The position numbers and the translations under genes were made by a program. The notes below the pieces were generated by a model. It saw only the letters and a list, made by a program, of their open reading frames with translations, ran no database searches and was not told the DNA's origin. Positions 60,053 to 64,000 of a stretch of DNA of 64,000 nucleotides are shown in pieces. Source of the stretch: Microthyrium microscopicum (Eukaryota); NCBI GenBank assembly GCA_010405405.1, contig MU004235.1, forward strand, positions 138,538 through 202,537, in the 5' to 3' direction. Numbering within the stretch: position 1 is the first letter of the stretch; each line of letters begins with the position of its first letter.

Positions 60053-60597
60053 ACGATTGAAGGATATGGCGTGCTGTGTTGGAAGTGGAAGTGAACTGGA
60101 CCTGAAATATGTACACCGGTTCTGAAAGCAGACTTGGGCCAGAAACAGAAGGCTCTTTTTACTACCTCTCAGTCGACTCACGGCGTGCAGGAAGAATATC
60201 ACGGCGTTCATTGGGTGCATTGCTTGACAGACTCGCGGTGTGATAACTTCGAATTCATCCCATTTCCTCATTCGCTTCTACATTGTCCATTCTTGATCGT
60301 GTGCACTCGAACTTGCAATCGTCGTGACACTTTGCTGCTGATCTATCAAGAATTCATAAACCTATCATGAACCATATAAGTATCATAATCAAAGCTCATT
60401 GCAGCTGTCTTTGCAAAAGGATTTCCAACGTGCAAGGGAGCCGAATGATCGCGCTAATCCACTTTTGTGAACCCGCATCATTGGTGGACACAAGGCTGGA
60501 ATTCAACCTCACTTCATCCAGTAGCAACAAACGCAACCTTGGTACACATCTAAGGACCACCCCGAAAAATCAAAAACTAAATTCCGAGCTTGCTAAG

Positions 60598-61113
60598 ATG
60601 TGGAAAAAGCTCTTTGGAGAGGTATACAGCCCCAAGGCGCAATGAGATAGCTGTGTGGCTCTTAGAACCATGGCTAATGCTTGTATCATAGGCCGGTGCG
60701 AAGAATGCCGTGACGCTCTTCTCAAAGCCAAATCACCAAGCATCAGCCAGCGTTGCTCAATTCTTGCGCAGTGCAAATGTCGTCAAAGAGGCCGGAGCCA
60801 AGAAGGATGACAGTGGATCAAAATTCGAATTGACCGTGTCCGAGGAGCCGCCGACATCCGACCAGCTGAGAAGTATCTTGGAGTTTGTGGGAGAAAGCAA
60901 TGCTAGCAAGGTTGTCGAGGGGGCTGATAATGTCGAGGATGCTCAAAGAAAGGTTCGGTTGAACGCCGATACCTTGAAAAGACCTTTGGTAAATCGGACC
61001 ATGTTCAGTCCATCTTCCACGATGCTAATCCTTACCAGACTGTTGATTGGAATGCTGGAAAGGTCACTATTGGAGATAGTCAGTCTGAATTGAAGAGCAT
61101 GCTCAAAGAGTGA
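60598..61113 (+). CDS. fmp46: Fmp46/DUF1687 thioredoxin-like mitochondrial protein
   Basis: MWKKLFGE|AGAKNAVTLFSKP...FELTVSEEPPTSDQLRSILEF...KRPL|TVDWNAGK; introns 60622-60691 and 60989-61038. Confidence 0.85.
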
Positions 61114-62014
61114 TTGGTCGCCCATAGAGGAAATGCGAATTGAAGAACCAAACTTTGAAGTTTCTCAGAGATTAACGGTTGACTAGTAGTGTGCTCTTGA
61201 TATCGCGACCACATACTCTTCTCACACAAAACCTAGGTTTCAACTCACAGAAGCCTCATTTACTGACAAAAGTACAATCTCTATCAGCTCCTCCTCCTAA
61301 CAATCGTAGCTATATTCTACTTGGCTCCCTCAAATCTTCTGCAACTACCCGCTCACAACAGTGTCCGTCAATATTTGTCAATACCACATCTACACATAAT
61401 ATTGCAGATTGTAGCAATTGATCGCGAGCCTGGATACCACACAGCAAGGCCGATTCCCGAGAACTTGAATACTGGAAACGACTGGCCTATTTATACGTCC
61501 TGTGTACACCGCCAGACTACATTTTGGACTTCAAGACATGGCAGTGTCTCATTTGGCCTGTCTCAAACTCAAGTGAATTTTCTCAGTTATATACTGAGAA
61601 TTCAACCTGTCAAAGCTTTAATACACTTTTGACATATCTCGGATTTACTGACAGGCAAGCGGACATCTGATCGGAGGTTCGTGCCTTCCCACTGGAATCT
61701 GGATCTAGCACGCCTGCCTTCACAGCTCGATCGTGACTGCCAAATTCAAATCTACCCGCCTCGCACCTGCCATTACAGCAGCCTTCGTCACTGCCATCTC
61801 AGTTACTAGGCACCGGTCTTGTCACTGCAGGCTGGTCCGCTCTTTTAGACTTCAACCTTGGTCCATCTGCTCACACCAACAATTTCAATTTACTCCACTT
61901 CTCGACAACCCTTTGTCAGTTCGTTGAATTCATTCCCTATCTTCGCCAAAAGTTCCAGCCTTGCGCATCACTATTTATCAACCATCCTCGACTTACCAGG
62001 TATCCTCTATCATC

Positions 62015-64000
62015 ATGGCGTCTCCTGGTCAAGCCCAGGCGCCGATCGCCATGCCTGGTGCCCCTATGGTTGCGCACTCCAATTTTGAGTACGACGCGAA
62101 AGTTATGGCACACGGCTATCGCATTATGCACAAGCAGCGAGTTATTGGTGTCAAATGCGGGCAGGATCCCACCGCAATTCTTGGTCCTGAGATGGTTGCT
62201 ATGCATGGTCTCGAGTTCTGCGCTCGCATTGTCAACGAGATCGGTTACATGAACTTTCAAGATATTTCCAACTTCGTCACCGAATTCACAAACAAATATC
62301 GCGATGAGCCAAATGTCTTATCCCAAAAGATATGCCATAAAGGTGATCTTCGATCCATGTTTACTGAAGACGATATTCTGAAGCACGGCGAGGCTTTTCT
62401 GATCGAAGTTCGAGAACACGCTCGCCTAGCACTTGTCGCCTACCACAATTCCAAACTCAAAGATAAGTCTGGCGCTCAAGGAGCAGGACAAGCCCAGCCT
62501 GTCAATCCTGGCTTCAATACTGGTGAACCTTCACTGCAACATCATTACCCAGCGCAGATGCCTGCAAATGTGCCCAATGGTGCTCCCAATACTAGCATGA
62601 TGATGCATCCAATGACCCTGCCACCTCATAACATTCCTCAAATCATCCTCCCCGGCAATCCATCTATGGACACTCGTCGTGTGCGATCGGACGGCAATTA
62701 TCGTCAGAATATGCCTGACTCCGAACAGACACGCGTGGTTTCTGGAGAGAATATACCACCACGCGGAGGCTTCGTACCCTCTCCTATTCCTTTTGATGCT
62801 CACCGCGCTCATGGAAACCCTCGAACTGCTGAAGTTTTCCAGCCTACGATGCCCAACCAGAATAACAATGGACAGCATTGGAACAACAATGGGCCACCTC
62901 CTGGCCCGCCTTCTCAACAGAATCGGTCCGGCTTTGGACATCCCACTCGACCTCCGTTCAATGTCAAGGCTCCGTCCTTCCATAATCAAGCACCATATGC
63001 CTCTCCCGGTCCAATGTCGGCTCCTTTACACCCTCAACTACCTCCGCACCAGCAGCATATGCCAGCGCTTCAGCAGCAGCAGGGGCCAGTTAATTATCAA
63101 AACGGACCACCGTATCATGCCGTTCCGCAATACTATACGGACTATGCCTATGGAGCTCTTGCTCCATACACACCGGGTGGTTCACGCTGGACAGGACCAG
63201 AAGATCAACAAGATCACCGTTCTCGTTTCCCCACTGTCCCTGCCATGCAACAGCCTCCTCGAAACAAAACCAAGAACAAGAAGAAGGGAGGCAATCGCAG
63301 CCGCCAAAATTCTGTGCTTTCTCAATCCGATCATGGTCGGCCTGGAGCATATGGTAAAGGACAATTTGACTCGTCCAAAAACATGCCACGTCCATATAAT
63401 ACAATTCCTACCCGACCAAATCAGTCAGTTCCTGCTCAACACCAAGGAAATAATCCAGGCCCACAAAACCAGAACGCTGGTTCAAGTGAACCCTTCCCTC
63501 GATTTGAGAATCGTCGTAACTCGATGAATTCTGAGCCATATCCATTTGTCGAAGGCCTCACCGAGAACACCATTCCTCCAGAAGTTACAGACATTACGTC
63601 TCTTTGGATTGGACATATTGGGCTCACGGTGTCAGATTACGACCTCCGTGAACACTTTGACCGAGTCTATCCAGGCTCCGTGGATCTAAACTGTCAAGTT
63701 ACTCAGCGTCGAGATCACCCCTCAGCAGCTGTAAATGGGTTTGCGTGGTCAATCCTTAACTTCACTAGCGCCGATGCTGCGCGTAAGGGACTCTTGATGG
63801 ACGGAAGCATACTTAATAACCATCCAATCACCGTTCGAGTTCCGCGACGATATCTCCCAGGCTATGAACAAAAGCCTCATCGATCTTCCTTTAACAATGG
63901 AAATGGGTCTGATCACCGCGGTTCCTTCTCTAGAAACGGCCTTTCGAACCGCGGTCCATCGGGTACTATCACTGGACCTCGTAGAACTGCTGACACTATT
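62015..64000 (+). CDS. RRM-containing protein with long Q/N/P/G-rich low-complexity region; 3' end lies outside the window
   Basis: Frame read by hand as open from ATG 62015 (MASPGQAQAP...) to the window end. RRM-like SLWIGHIGLTVSDYDLREHF...FAWSILNFTSADAARKGL...DGSILNNHPITV at about 63600-63840. Missing from the ORF track because no stop occurs in the window. Confidence 0.8.
   Translation, partial: MASPGQAQAPIAMPGAPMVAHSNFEYDAKVMAHGYRIMHKQRVIGVKCGQDPTAILGPEMVAMHGLEFCARIVNEIGYMNFQDISNFVTEFTNKYRDEPNVLSQKICHKGDLRSMFTEDDILKHGEAFLIEVREHARLALVAYHNSKLKDKSGAQGAGQAQPVNPGFNTGEPSLQHHYPAQMPANVPNGAPNTSMMMHPMTLPPHNIPQIILPGNPSMDTRRVRSDGNYRQNMPDSEQTRVVSGENIPPRGGFVPSPIPFDAHRAHGNPRTAEVFQPTMPNQNNNGQHWNNNGPPPGPPSQQNRSGFGHPTRPPFNVKAPSFHNQAPYASPGPMSAPLHPQLPPHQQHMPALQQQQGPVNYQNGPPYHAVPQYYTDYAYGALAPYTPGGSRWTGPEDQQDHRSRFPTVPAMQQPPRNKTKNKKKGGNRSRQNSVLSQSDHGRPGAYGKGQFDSSKNMPRPYNTIPTRPNQSVPAQHQGNNPGPQNQNAGSSEPFPRFENRRNSMNSEPYPFVEGLTENTIPPEVTDITSLWIGHIGLTVSDYDLREHFDRVYPGSVDLNCQVTQRRDHPSAAVNGFAWSILNFTSADAARKGLLMDGSILNNHPITVRVPRRYLPGYEQKPHRSSFNNGNGSDHRGSFSRNGLSNRGPSGTITGPRRTADTI

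Noticed and set aside
62679..63527. 282-aa ORF in the track
   Set aside because: Alternative frame of the longer RRM-protein frame that starts at 62015.
1..64000. tRNA, rRNA, CRISPR arrays, telomeric repeats, autonomous transposases
   Set aside because: None recognisable by eye; tRNAscan-SE, Infernal and RepeatMasker would be needed to exclude them formally.

Overview
Eukaryotic DNA from a filamentous ascomycete (Pezizomycotina-type): short GT-AG introns with CTRAY branch points and about 26 protein-coding genes. No tRNA, rRNA or CRISPR array could be supported. Most genes are conserved housekeeping genes: an RGS protein, an ABCB/MDR1 exporter, a MetR/Cys-3-like bZIP, a Zn2Cys6 factor, CnxG/MOCS2A, Cyt-4/Dss1, an alpha-hydroxy-acid oxidase, a phosducin-like protein, Vrg4, Dcp1, an OCRL-like 5-phosphatase, an SDR, Smp3, alpha-actinin, a CREG-like protein, Rps30, Fmp46 and an RRM protein. 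A gene-poor stretch at about 2.5-12 kb holds an intact 146-bp TA-flanked MITE and a 969-bp non-autonomous foldback element. The foldback element has a 10-bp target-site duplication and nested palindromes, and one arm carries far more C->T/G->A changes than the other. Other points of interest: an APH-family protein with both catalytic Asp replaced by Asn; an island with an orphan atypical Zn-cluster gene plus two tandem F-box genes, one apparently frameshifted; a HeLo-like/ankyrin protein with no visible NTPase domain; sulfur-regulon-type motifs upstream of the bZIP; and a perfect 30-bp promoter palindrome. All family assignments come from recognising motifs by eye; no database searches were run.
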